From positions 20,764,950 through 20,828,949 of the forward strand of contig NC_134029.1 of assembly GCF_964204645.1 (NCBI RefSeq): 64,000 nt of DNA, read 5' to 3'. The position numbers and the translations under genes are program-made. Of this stretch, positions 11,928 through 24,009 are shown piece by piece; positions within the stretch are counted from its first letter, which is position 1; each line of letters opens with the position of its first letter. This stretch comes from Tubulanus polymorphus. Its lineage: Eukaryota > Animalia > Nemertea. Below the pieces are notes generated by a model that saw nothing but the letters and a program-made list of their open reading frames with translations, did no database searches and was not told where the DNA came from.

Positions 11928-14900
11928 ATGGTTCGTAAAAAGATAGATAATCGTATAAGAGTTTTGATCGAGAATGGCGTCGCAGAAAAGCATCGATCGC
12001 TTTACGTTATCGTCGGCGATCGTGGCAGAGATCAGGTAAACTACCGGTATTAACTCTGAATCTTGAAATTACTCAAACTCCTGAAAATCAATTTCCTGTC
12101 TGTTTTCTCTCTTCAGGTTGTCATTTTGCATCACATGTTATCGAAGGCGGTTGTCAAATCTCGACCGTCGGTTTTATGGTGCTATAAGAAAGAACTCGGA
12201 TTCAGCAGGTACGAGATTGTGAAAATTGATTCCATTGATGATGTATCTTTTTTAGACTCATTCCTATCCGGAGTTCATAGCGCGTCTCCGAAGTGCTTAT
12301 TTTTTACAAAAATTTCAAAAGTGTTTATGCCTACAAAGTTCTTATAGATAGATATGTTTTTGGACAATTATGAGTGTAATGCCAGTATTGATGCCCCTAA
12401 AAACATATTTTTCATAATAGCCTGTCCTCCACTTTAATCTATTGCCCCCATGTATGAAGACCACTAACAGACAAATAACATATTGTATGTTGAGGGCTGC
12501 AGTCTAAAATCATATGAAAAGTGTCACATTTGTATGGCAAAAGTGCTTACTTTTGCTATCAAAAAGTGTCAACTTTTGCCTCAGCCTTCCTATGATGAAT
12601 CCTGCTATGTTCTCTGTTTTTTGCTGCAGTCACAGAAAAAAGCGAATGCGTCAACTTCAAAAGAAAATCAAGACTGGAAAACTAGACGTCAATGAGGACG
12701 ATCCATTTGAATTATTCATCGCATCGACTAATATCAGATATTGCTATTATTCGGAAACTCATAAGATTCTCGGTAACACATATGGAATGCTAGTACTACA
12801 AGTAAGCATCCTGGCAATCCAGTTATCCTTAAAGATTTCACGATGGTCGCACTACCGATTCGTTATCGAGAAATTTCTTTTAATAGGATTTCGAGGCTAT
12901 GACGCCTAATTTACTGGCTCGAACTGTGGAGACGATTGAAGGTGGGGGAATAGTTGTTATACTTCTACGTACGATGACATCGTTAAAACAACTTTACGCG
13001 ATGACTATGGTAAGATTCATTTCAGTTGAGTAGGAAATTACTCATTCTGAATAATGCGTGCAGCTTCAAACTGTTTATCGTTCCTTTACAGGATGTTCAT
13101 ACTCGTTACCGCACTGAATCGCATCAAGATGTTGTCGGTCGTTTTAATGAAAGGTATTGGTGAACTTTTATATTGCGTAACTTCCAACTTAAAATTTCAA
13201 CTTAGGCAGGTTTTGATTGAACATCTACCAGTTTGGGAATAGCAATTGTGATGTTAGCAGATTTAACTATTCTGGAATGGTAAGAGAGAATTCAGGTTGA
13301 AATGAATGCACCAGAAGAATAATCCAGAATCATTAGAGGCGAATTGAAATCTGCCTCAGTTACATGTAAATCAGCCAAAAATATGTTTATATTGAGGCCT
13401 ACCATATTTGATACAGATTACTCACTGAGAATCATTACTTTGGTATAATTGTTGCATTCACTCACCTATCTAATATTTCAATGTTTGATTATTCAGGTTC
13501 ATATTATCGCTGGCATCGTGTAAAACTTGCATGGTGATAGACGACCAATTGAATATTCTACCTGTTTCATCTCACATGTTAAGCATTGAACCAGTTCCTC
13601 CTAAACCCGTTGTAAGTATCGACGTCTCTGCATATATCTATTCGTACCTAAAAAATTCCTCCGCGATATCGGGATATTTATGATTTCAGGAGGACCGTTT
13701 GTCACCGTCTGAAAAAGACTTAAAAGATCTTCAGACGTCGCTACAGGACACGCAACCAGTCGGAGTACTTGTCAATTGCTGTAAAACGCTCGACCAGGGT
13801 AAAGCCCTTCTGAAATTTGTCGAAGCAATATCGGAGAAAACTCTTCGAAGTACGGTAGTGATGACGGCTGCTCGAGGGCGGGGTAAATCTGCCGCCCTCG
13901 GGCTCGCAATGTCTACCGCTGTGGCATTTGGGTAAGCTCGTTCCCGAGATATTTTGGTAAATTATCACATCTGTTACCAAATATGTTAAGGTTGGATAAT
14001 GAACCAGTATTTATTCAGTTAGAAAATGATAATGATAAATGAACATCATTGATTATGTTTCGATGAATCTGATGTTATTTTTCAGATATTCAAACATATT
14101 CGTTACGGCTCCGAGTCCAGAGAATTTGAAGACTTTATTTGAATTTGTGTTCAAAGGATTCGACGCGTTGGAATATCAAGAACATTTAGATTATGAACTC
14201 GTTCAATCAACGAATCCAGAATTCAATAAAGCTATCGTCAGAGTTAATATCTTTCGCGAGCACAGACAAACTATACAGGTTTGTATGATGCACACTAACA
14301 TAGGTAGAAAAATTGAATGATTTAGAATATCTTTGGTGTATAACATAGGGTTGATATAGTGAGTCTCCAAAGTGCTTAAATGTACTTACTTTTAAGAAGA
14401 TTCTGTAAGGCCCTTATAAAGTGCTTACTTTCCACACAAATTTCAAAATGTTCTTTGGTGACTTTTGGTGAATGATTAGGACAAGGGCTGTGGTCTTGAA
14501 AATGAGATTGACTTTCGCCTTACTTATGCTTTCAAAAAGTGCTTACTTTTGCCTCTGCCTTACTTCTATAAACCCTAAAACAAGACAAATTTTTGCTTTG
14601 ATATGAAATCACAATTTTGGGTATTTGTTTCAGTATATACGCCCATCTGATGCCCATAAATTAGGACAGGCAGAACTCGTATGTATTGACGAGGCAGCTG
14701 CTATTCCGTTACCACTCGTGAAGAATCTACTGGGACCTTATTTAGTGTTCATGTCATCTACAATCAACGGGTATGAAATAGCACCAATAATGGCAAACCA
14801 TTTCGATATATCGGAGTCTATTCTATATGCCAACTCTATCTGTTTCATGTTGTAGTTACGAAGGCACAGGAAGGTCTCTGTCTCTAAAACTAATTCAACA

Positions 14901-17900
14901 GTTACGTCAATCGAGCGCCACTTTCGGCGGAAATGAAAAACAAGTCAAAGCATTAACAGCCGCTGCTGAAAAATCATCAGACAAACTCGGAGCTGGTAAG
15001 TCATATACAAAAAATTAGTAGTGTTTTTCCCAGATTTTTTCCATATCTAGCTCAATGTTGGATATATTATGTTTTTTTCAGGACGGTCGCTTCATGAAAT
15101 CACGTTGAATGAATCGATTCGTTACGCGAGCGAGGATCCCGTTGAGAAATGGTTGTATAACGTATTGTGTTTAGACGCGTCGAATATAACGTGGATTAAT
15201 TCTGGTTGTCCGGTACCGGCGTCGTGCGATTTGTATTACGTAAATCGCGATACCTTGTTCTCGTATCACAAAGCCTCGGAGGCATTCCTGCAGCGAATTA
15301 TGGCATTATACGTGTCTTCGCATTATAAGGTAAGCTACTACTGTTGAATAAAGTCTGAGACCCGCAACCAAAAAGGGAAATAAAGTTGAAACATCTACAG
15401 GTCTATCTAAAATCCGAATTTAGGTTTTATTCCAAAAACCTTTATCATGAAGTTTCTTGAAGTTTCTCAGTCGCAACACATAGCGAAGTTCTAGGGCCTA
15501 CCTCATCACTACTGATCAATCTCATTAAAAACAACTTCAGGGGATTTGCAAGTATGGTCTTTGTAACTGATAGTTCCAGTATAAAATTATTTGAATTGTT
15601 CTATTTGGAATGAAATACTAGGTTTGTAATAACCCATGAATAAGTTATATCCAGATTTTCATTAGTAATTTATCTGTTGAATCTTAAATCTTATATTTAG
15701 CTGAAAGCTGAAAAATGTTGTTAGAAATTTGTATGCTTGTTTATTCGTAGAACACCCCGAATGATCTGCAGTTATTATCCGATGCTCCCGCTCATCACAT
15801 CTTCTGCTTACTGGGACCAGTCGATCCAAATCAGACTTCATTACCGGAGGTTCTATGCGTATTACAGGTATGTAATGTTGCTCACCTGTCTATCGTTGAA
15901 TACACTCGAGATCCTTTTCTGATTAAAGTGTTGTGAATGAATGTTTTTTCCAGGTTTGTTTGGAAGGAGAGATTAATAAGCAAACGGTTATGAATAGTTT
16001 AGCTCGAGGACAACGAGCTTCTGGAGATCTCATTCCTTGGACAATATCTCAACAGGTAAAAAAACCTCATAGTATTAACCTTATCTACAATCGTCGATCT
16101 TTTCTATCTTCAGTTAAGATTATATTTCTCTCTTCAGTTTCAAGATCACGATTTTCCAACTTTGTCCGGCGCGAGAATTGTAAGAATCGCTACGCATCCT
16201 CATTATCAAGGGGTTAGTATTTGCTTGAAAATCGGTATTACAACATTTAGAGAAGTACAAATGATTTCCTATTGGATATAACCAGGGAAGTGTGATGGGA
16301 AATTCGCTGATATAACAAACCACGCATTAAAACAAAGTTACAGGTCCAGCGAAGGTTGTTGTTACAAAGTGCTTCTTAATGATTACTGATGATGTATCAT
16401 TGATTGTAGATGGGTTACGGAAGTCGCGCAATGCAATTATTGCAAGAATATTATGAAGGTAAAGTAGTCAGTTTAACCGATGACGACCAAGCGGAGAAAT
16501 TACAACAAGTTCACACGGTCACCGGAGAGGTATGTGCTATAGACCCGGTATGTCATTGGTTCCGAGCGATGGTTTGATAATGATTTTCATTCATTCAGGT
16601 AAAAGGTCTGCAAGAAGAAACTATTAAACCGAGAAAGAACTTGCCACCACTGCTGTTGAAATTGAGCGAAAGAGAACCAGAGAAGATACAATATTTGGGA
16701 GTATCGTTCGGTCTGACAGCAAGCTTACTCAAGTAGGTTTTCTATGACAGTCTACCTGCACAAGTAGTGTGATTGGTAAACCATTATGTGGTACATACTC
16801 GTATATAATCTGTTATTTATTCTTCTGCAGATTCTGGAAAAGGTCAGGATTTGCGCCTGTGTATCTGAGACAGACACCTGTAAGTGTAGTAATGTATACA
16901 AACCCGTAGTGTCAAAGTTTTTAAATGAAATGTTCGAATTTCTACCACTAAAGTTACTTTGAGTTTTCTGTAAAGTAACGCATCAGTTTGTCATGTTATT
17001 TTATTTTCAGAACGATTTAACCGGTGAACATTCGTGTATCATGTTAAAGGGGTTGAACGATGATGCCGATGAAACCGAGGAACAACACTGGTTGCACGCT
17101 TACTGGACAGATTTCCGACGCAGATTCGTGTCTTTGTTGTCGTACGAATTCAGTAAATTTCTACCGGGAATGTCTCTGAATATTTTGCAGCAGAAGAAAA
17201 TCAAAAGTCAACCTACAAGTAAGAATTCTACTTTCAGGCAACTGACATGTACTACTATACTGTAATTCTCACAATTCACTTCATACTTTGTTTTGTCAGC
17301 TTTAACAAAAGAGGAACTGGATGTTCACATGACGAAATACGATTTAAAGAGGCTGGATATGTTTGCCAAGAACTTAGTGGACTTCCACTTGATCATGGAC
17401 TTGCTACCGATCATTGGTAAACTCTACTGTCTTGAGAGGTTACCGATTCATTTAACCCTCATACAGGCTGTAAGTATCGTATATGGATGTTTTACATGTT
17501 TGATTCTATGGAGATATTGCTGATGAGGAGACCTGTTTTTGTAGGCGATCTTACTTGGTATGGGATTACAACATAAGTCCGTAGACACGTTAGTGACCGA
17601 ATTGGATCTTCCTTCGTCGCAGATTTTAGCCCTGTTCAATCGTTCAATCCGCAAAATAGTGCAGGTACGTTCAGATACTGGTAGCTGACAATTGAATTCT
17701 GATTGAGAAAGAGGTATCTTCATGTCCTGATTAATGTTTCAGTGTTTTGATGAGTTAACCGAGGCTGAAGTTGAGAAGGAAATGGTCAAGCGAAAGGAAA
17801 TAGACATGAAACCAGTTGAACAATCAATGAGTAGTGAACTGGTGAGTGTTATTCCATCTTAAAAGTCATTAAGACTGATTGAAGTGATTAAATTAACTGA

Positions 17901-18327
17901 GGATTTAAATCGAATGAATTTTATTATTATCTAGGAGGAAGCTGGTCGCGAAGTAATGAAAACACAAGAAAAACAAATCGAAATCCTGAAAGGTGCAGAC
18001 TTAAGCCAATTCAAAATAAAAGGGTCCGAAAATGAATGGGGAAAAGCATTAGCTGGTGACAAACCGAAGAAAGGACTCGTTTCGGTTGGGCAGTAAGTTG
18101 TTTAGCTGGTTGTTACCACTTGGTCACTTAATGGCAATTCAAGTGGTCAATCGCGAAGTGTGTTTGAAAAAGTAACTTGCAAAAAGAACTTGTTGATATA
18201 TTTCAGTGTTGCTGAGAAGAGAAAACCTGAAGATGACACGACACAACTTCTTATGTCAGGGAAAGATGATAAAAAGAAGAAAAAGAATAAACCATTTCAG
18301 AAGAACAAGAAATTTAAGAAAGATTAA
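11928..18327 (+). CDS. NAT10: RNA cytidine acetyltransferase NAT10 (Kre33)
   Basis: Starts MVRKKIDNRIRVLIENG; contains Walker A TAARGRGKSAALG, IDEAAAIP, INGYEGTGRSLSLKL, GNAT motif RIATHPHYQGMGYG and NDLTGEHSCIML; basic C-terminus ends KKD* at 18325-18327. About 23 coding exons with GT-AG introns. Confidence 0.97.
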
Positions 18328-19076
18328 TTCCATGTAAAAATAATTAATGGGAAAAATAAAAAGATAGTGGATATACACTTTATTTAGTTTCACACTCATT
18401 TGATCTTTGTCTCAGGAGCACTATTTCTGAATTTTTGGATCAACATGGCCACCGAGTTGATTGCTTTTTGGACAGGCACTGGTCTTCACCTATCCCCTGC
18501 GGAAATTTTGGTTTGCTCTGATATTAGTTGATTATGTGAAAATATTCCGTTATTATCATTTATTTGTAACAATAAAACCTATTTTTATAGCTGGGACTGG
18601 TCGTCAGTGCCATATGGATATTATCGGAGCCATCCTTTCTTCGAGCGGCTCCACACTGTTATGAATTGAATTGAATTTCATTGCGCCTTGAAAGTGACAA
18701 TAGAGATCTATAAAGGTATTTTTGAAACTATTGGCTTAATTGAACCCCATGGGGCCATATCACTGGTTGATGGTAGTGTTAGGAAGGGATGAAAGAACAA
18801 AGGCTATTTATTCTTAAGTCACAAAAGGACAAGAGGTGTAAAGAAGACAAAAGTCTAAAAAAAGTCAAATCCAATTTTTATTCATTGTTTTTTATTTGAA
18901 TTTATTCTCGCATGTTTTTTCTTAGCTGTTTTCCCTCGTGTTCTTTCTTTTGTTAGTTATAGATCACGGGGCTCGTTACGATAGATGGGAGTCTGATAGC
19001 TGGGGGACGTACCTCGGCTCCGGTGCGGTGTAGCCGTAGCGTAGGGTATCGTATTCGTAGCCGATGGAAGGTGGTT

Positions 19077-19193
19077 CACAGGGACCTGACAAAAAAAATT
19101 TTTGACCCCAGTATCCTAGGTACTATATATTAAAAAAAAATATATAGTACCTGGGATACTGGGGCCAAAAATCTTTTTTGTCAGGTCCCTGTG
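19077..19193. mobile_element. 117-bp fully palindromic MITE with 8-bp TSD (P- or hAT-like)
   Basis: CACAGGGACCTGACAAAAAA...TTTTTTGTCAGGTCCCTGTG near-perfect hairpin, with AGGTGGTT duplicated on both sides (19069-19076, 19194-19201). Confidence 0.85.
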
Positions 19194-19432
19194 AGGTGGT
19201 TAGAAGAGATTTAATAATCAGGACAGATCGATGGGCTTGTGTGTGAAAATATCCAATCAGGAAACTAAACCACAGACCAGTCGCTATATTGACTACAAAG
19301 ATGAATCCTTTAACTTGGACCCCCAATGGCCCTGCTCTTCCCATCGCCTAGGTACCGGTATAGTGAATATTTATGGATAGATGGATATGTTAGCCTACTG
19401 TCTTTTCAGAAGAAACAATATCCCCGTAAAAG

Positions 19433-20849
19433 ATGAGTCGAAAGCAAACTCCCAGTGATTTCTTGAAGTTGATAATCGGACGACCTGTTGTTGTCAAGCT
19501 GAATTCTGGAGTTGATTATCGAGGTAAGACAAAGACAAATGATCCGAGTGACAGTTGATGGAAATGTGGTAGGTGAAAATACATAGATGACCTTCCGTCG
19601 TTCCAGCTAGTATCTCCATTTTAGAAAGCAAATCCAATTGCGCCCAGTGTATAAAAATTGTGACCATCTAGAGGCAAAAAAGAAACTGCGCAAATCCTAC
19701 TTGTTAGTAAACAAATCACTGCATTGGATTCCTGGAGACATTTTGAGTTTGACGCAGTGATTTGTCATTCAATAGATTGCTTCATTAGATTAATCACGAA
19801 GTCTCATGCAAATTTAGCACTCCAAAATCATCTTCGTTTGCCAGGTTTAGTTGCCTTCTGCTGAAGTTTGCACTCACAGATTAGCATTAAGAGGAAGCAC
19901 CGAGCCCTAAAAAACAAGGACGCTCGTGTTATAAACTGTTTTTCAATGTTGTAGGTGTGCTTGCGTGTCTTGATGGATATATGAATATAGCGCTGGAACA
20001 AACTGAAGAATATGTGAATGGACAGTTGAAGAATAAATACGGTGATGCGTTTATTAGAGGAAATAATGGCAAGTCGTGTAATTCAAGCATCTACATTCAC
20101 ACATCCTCCCCCGGCAGGGATTCGAACCTGATGGCATCGAGATTGCCACGGCACGAAACCCTGCCATAATCGACCGTGTGCGCAGATCAGGCGCAGTTCA
20201 GATGATGTGATTTTTAGCCAATCAGAAATCCCATTTTATTTTATCCCGGGTTTTCCCATTTATAGTTCTTCCTTGAAATTTGCCTCAACGATTATACAAC
20301 GAGCAATCTGATTGGTGCCGCCAGTTTTCGTTCGGAAAGCTGCGCATGTACCTGCGCACCCGGTCTACTGATGCAGGGGTTCGTGCCGTGGCTGAGTGTA
20401 GCGATGCCATCAGGTTCGAGTCCCTGCAGAGGGAGGATGCATTCACAGTGCAATATTACAGTACCGTATTTAGCCACTTTTCCCAAAGGTTAGTGGAATC
20501 CATTCATCATAATGGTATTCAGATTAACAGCCCAACAGATGTGGATGGATTCATCGGTTTGCCTTGATAAGACCATGAATTGAAGTGTGCTAAAGCTATG
20601 TTTTAGTGTAGTAGTGCTGGGACTAAATATTTTATCAAGTTATGATAAGTGATTTTAGTGACCACTACTTAACACGGAGGGGACTTCAGCATTTCTTTAG
20701 AAAATGTTTGGCTTTAAATATCTTTAGATACAAGCATTATTATGTAATGGCTTAGAATTAGGGTTTGTGATTAGATGATACTTGTTGTTATTATGTCATT
20801 TCCGTTTATTTCAGTGCTCTATATCAGTACACAGAAGAGGAAAGTGTGA
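19433..20849 (+). CDS. LSM6: U6 snRNA-associated Sm-like protein LSm6
   Basis: Exons 19433-19523, 19955-20068 and 20815-20849 give MSRKQTPSDFLKLIIGRPVVVKLNSGVDYRGVLACLDGYMNIALEQTEEYVNGQLKNKYGDAFIRGNNVLYISTQKRKV*. Confidence 0.97.
20102..20439. mobile_element. Long-TIR non-autonomous DNA element with 8-bp TSD
   Basis: TIRs CATCCTCC..GCAGGGATTCGAACCTGATGGCATCG and CGATGCCATCAGGTTCGAGTCCCTGC..GGAGGATG; CATTCACA duplicated at 20094-20101 and 20440-20447. Confidence 0.85.
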
Positions 20850-21247
20850 TCGTTAATTATCAGCTACTTCGTTAAATATCCATGGACTTCACGTGACTGT
20901 TCTCTTAAAAAGCGTTTTGCCGTACGTTGTGAACTCGGAAGAAAATGATAATGCGAATTAAGGTTTTTGAAAGCATTTTTATGTGTAGATAGATATTTTC
21001 TACGGGAATAATAAATCATGTAAGTTTTTCATTTGTAATATATTCAAGAATGTTCGATGTTTATTTTTTTTTTCTCTGAGGTACACGATGATCGTTCGAT
21101 TTTTCCAATTCCAAAAGTGTGCACCATACAATATGTAGACCTGCTACAAACTAGCATAGAACGAGTTCTAATGAGTTATATATGTATTTATGAAGTGCGT
21201 CAGTCTGTTTTTGTAATAGATATACAATAGCGACAAAATCATATTAA

Positions 21248-21508
21248 CCCTTTCAATGCTGACAGAGACTAATTAGCACCCAAAAGCGCTGGAAATAATT
21301 TGAAAATTTTGAAACATTCCACCCTAGCGGGTTATAGTGTGTCTACACCATGGCACGGTCTATGGTTTATTACTAATATTTCTGTATTTTTGACAGGCGC
21401 TGCCATCTTTTAATAGAGATAAAAAATTATTACTATTAACATCACCGTGATGCGGTGTATCGCTGATTTATACATCGCACTGCAGTGTAGGTAGCCATAG
21501 TGAAAGGG
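21248..21508. mobile_element. piggyBac-like MITE
   Basis: TTAA|CCCTTTCA ... TGAAAGGG|TTAA (TTAA target, CCC termini). Confidence 0.75.
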
Positions 21509-21589
21509 TTAAAATCGTTAAAATAGATAACCAATTCGGTGTCTTCATGATTGTCTAAATTCCAAAATAAAAAACACAAAATAAAAATT

Positions 21590-22138
21590 CTATTCGAAAT
21601 AAACAGCGTAAACGGTAGCTACGGCGAACAGAGTGGCGTTTGCGTATTCGGCACTAGCGTAGTTATCGAACTCTGCGTTCCATACTCCTCGACTCGCCAC
21701 TTGTATTCCTTGGTCCTTCTTTTCGCCTAAAATCACGTTGACGACTAATTTGTATCGCGGCGATCCGATTTCTTTTATTCGCGCTTTGATCATGTCCGTC
21801 AGGCTTCTCGTGATGCCCGAACTTTTACTGGCGTCGTACGTTTCGCCGGATAGAAACGACTCGAGCACCGATTTGATCGTCCTCTCCATCAGCGCCGAGT
21901 TGAATTTCTCGTCGGATTTCGGCTGCATGCGGTACGTGTTTTCGAGTCGGACTAACGGCTGCTGCGGCTGCATCTCGTGACTGCGACTGCTCGATAGACT
22001 CTGACGCGGAATACTCGACAAGCGTCGGAACGCGACCGAAGCTAACCGAGACATACGACGAAACTTCATTAACGTGTTACCGTCGCCTCCTTCGCCGCCA
22101 GCTGGTGGAATTCGGGACATTCGTCGTGCGGCGTTCAT
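21590..22138 (-). CDS. Tctex1-domain dynein light chain (TCTEX1D/DYNLT4-5-like)
   Basis: 182-aa ORF with ENTYRMQP, PRYKLVVNVILGEKKDQGIQVASRGVWNAEFDNYAS and FAVATVYAVYFE. A splice acceptor at ~22160 implies upstream exon(s). Confidence 0.9.
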   Translation of the reverse strand: MNAARRMSRIPPAGGEGGDGNTLMKFRRMSRLASVAFRRLSSIPRQSLSSSRSHEMQPQQPLVRLENTYRMQPKSDEKFNSALMERTIKSVLESFLSGETYDASKSSGITRSLTDMIKARIKEIGSPRYKLVVNVILGEKKDQGIQVASRGVWNAEFDNYASAEYANATLFAVATVYAVYFE

Positions 22139-23543
22139 TTCCTCGGTTTTCTCTTTATACTACAAAAATAGTTATATTCGTTACTTGATCACTTTCAAGT
22201 ATGAATTATTAATACGGGGGGCAAAAAATGTTGCAACTTGGCGAATCAGAAGAAGAATCTAGGAAAAATCAGGGAATTTGGATATTTCTTTATCGATACA
22301 GGATTCATGAAAACTTAATTAATTGCATCATTCTTTAACCAAGAAATTTTCATCCATTCACCTGCTGATTTTGTGTAATGACATAGGGAAATCAGAGAAA
22401 ACTGGAAGGAAATTTGGGAAAAATGGGGGAAAGTGGCCACCCTGTGATTGAAAGATCTACTCATTTCTACTTCTATCACTTATACATGTGTCAATCATAA
22501 GATTGTCTTCATTCGGAATAAATGAAGTTGAAAAATGTACGAGAATATTATAAATCCGGAAAAAATGTGATGAATTGATGATTCATTTGAAATGAATTGA
22601 ACGAAGGTAATTAATTACAATGAATTTCAACTCACCGGTTACAAGATGATGATAGTGAGTAAAATGACAGATTTTCTCGGTAAGATTTTCACCTGTTCGT
22701 TACCATGCTCAGTACAGGTGCTTGTGTGTTCTATGATTTCTATAGTCGTCAATGAAGACAGTGGTTATTACTAAACAGAAACAGGTCCCGCTTTTGAAAA
22801 TATGCCACATGAGGCGTGTAGTATTTATGATAGTTTGACAGCTATTGTTTACATTTAGTACAGTTACGTTGGTTGCACAGCACGTTACGGTTTGTTAACC
22901 TAGTGTACAGACACAAATTCGGTCATACTGAAGATCTGGTAATTGTTTGCATTTAAGCCGATAGTTTGTGTTGATCGCAAGAACGAGTTTTTTCTCAATG
23001 ACTTGAGCAGTTTGTGTGACTAAATGCTTTTAACGGTGTCATACATACACTTATGTTGATCCATAAGCAATTCTCAATTTTTGCTATAGGCTCAACTAGG
23101 GAAAAGTTTCGTAATAAACTAATTACTCTTCTATCAGATATTAGAAAGATTTTCGCTTAGAGGGATTAATTGTCTATGCGCAGTTTACCACCATTATAAT
23201 GCCCCTTTTAAATCACGTAACTACCTGGTAAGCCAATAGAGGAACCAAAAAAATGAACAAATACCCATTGCTAAAGATTTACTTCAATAAGAAAGCCGGT
23301 TCCATTAGAATGGTTTTACTAATTTTGATTCACAATCATCCAGGCTGAAAATCATTAAGTTCATTAGAACAATTCCCTTTAAGAGAGAATTGTCCTTTTA
23401 CAAAATGAACTGAATTTTGAAAATATTTTTTCTGGAATTTAATTACACACCATATAGCTGGTGACACTAGGCATTCAGACTCGACATATTGCAGATATTT
23501 TTAAATAACAGATGTCAGTCCATACATACACGCAGGCAGTATA

Positions 23544-23567
23544 CATATATATATATATATATATATA
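23544..23567. repeat. (TA)n microsatellite
   Basis: Direct reading of the sequence. Confidence 0.9.
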
Positions 23568-23845
23568 TGGATATACCATATATTATAACCAGGGGCTATA
23601 TAGTTATTATTGACAGAGTTAATTGGACAGCTTACATCCAGTGTATTGAAGCATGCCTTATAATCTGTATTCTCTTCATTCATTTACAGCAGTTGTCTTG
23701 AAGAAAAGTGTGCATTATATATTCGTGTAAATTTACCTACTAAAGTGGAAGTATTAAAAAGCCATAAATTTGATGAATATGAACTCACATTATGTATATA
23801 CTGAGACCTATGACTCCAGTCAAGAACATTGGCTTTAACGACATA

Positions 23846-24009
23846 GGGATCATTCATTTATTATGTACGCATAAAATTTGAATTTTTCAACCCCCTCCCC
23901 CTCTGTACGCAAAATCGGTCATTTTTTCATATACATTAAGCATTACAGTACGCAATTGCACTGACCCGTCCTCCCTACCCTAATGCGTACGTAATAAATT
24001 AATGACTCC
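23846..24009. mobile_element. PIF/Harbinger-like MITE
   Basis: GGGATCATTCATTTATTATGTACGCA ... TGCGTACGTAATAAATTAATGACTCC with ATA flanks; a 5' fragment of the same family at ~2598-2642. Confidence 0.7.

Noticed and set aside
18963-19068. GC-rich patch as a possible ncRNA
   Set aside because: No recognisable RNA family motif or stable fold by eye; more likely LSM6 promoter or UTR sequence.
20101-20160. tRNA gene suggested by GGTTCGAATCC
   Set aside because: No cloverleaf; it is the TIR of a TSD-flanked element.
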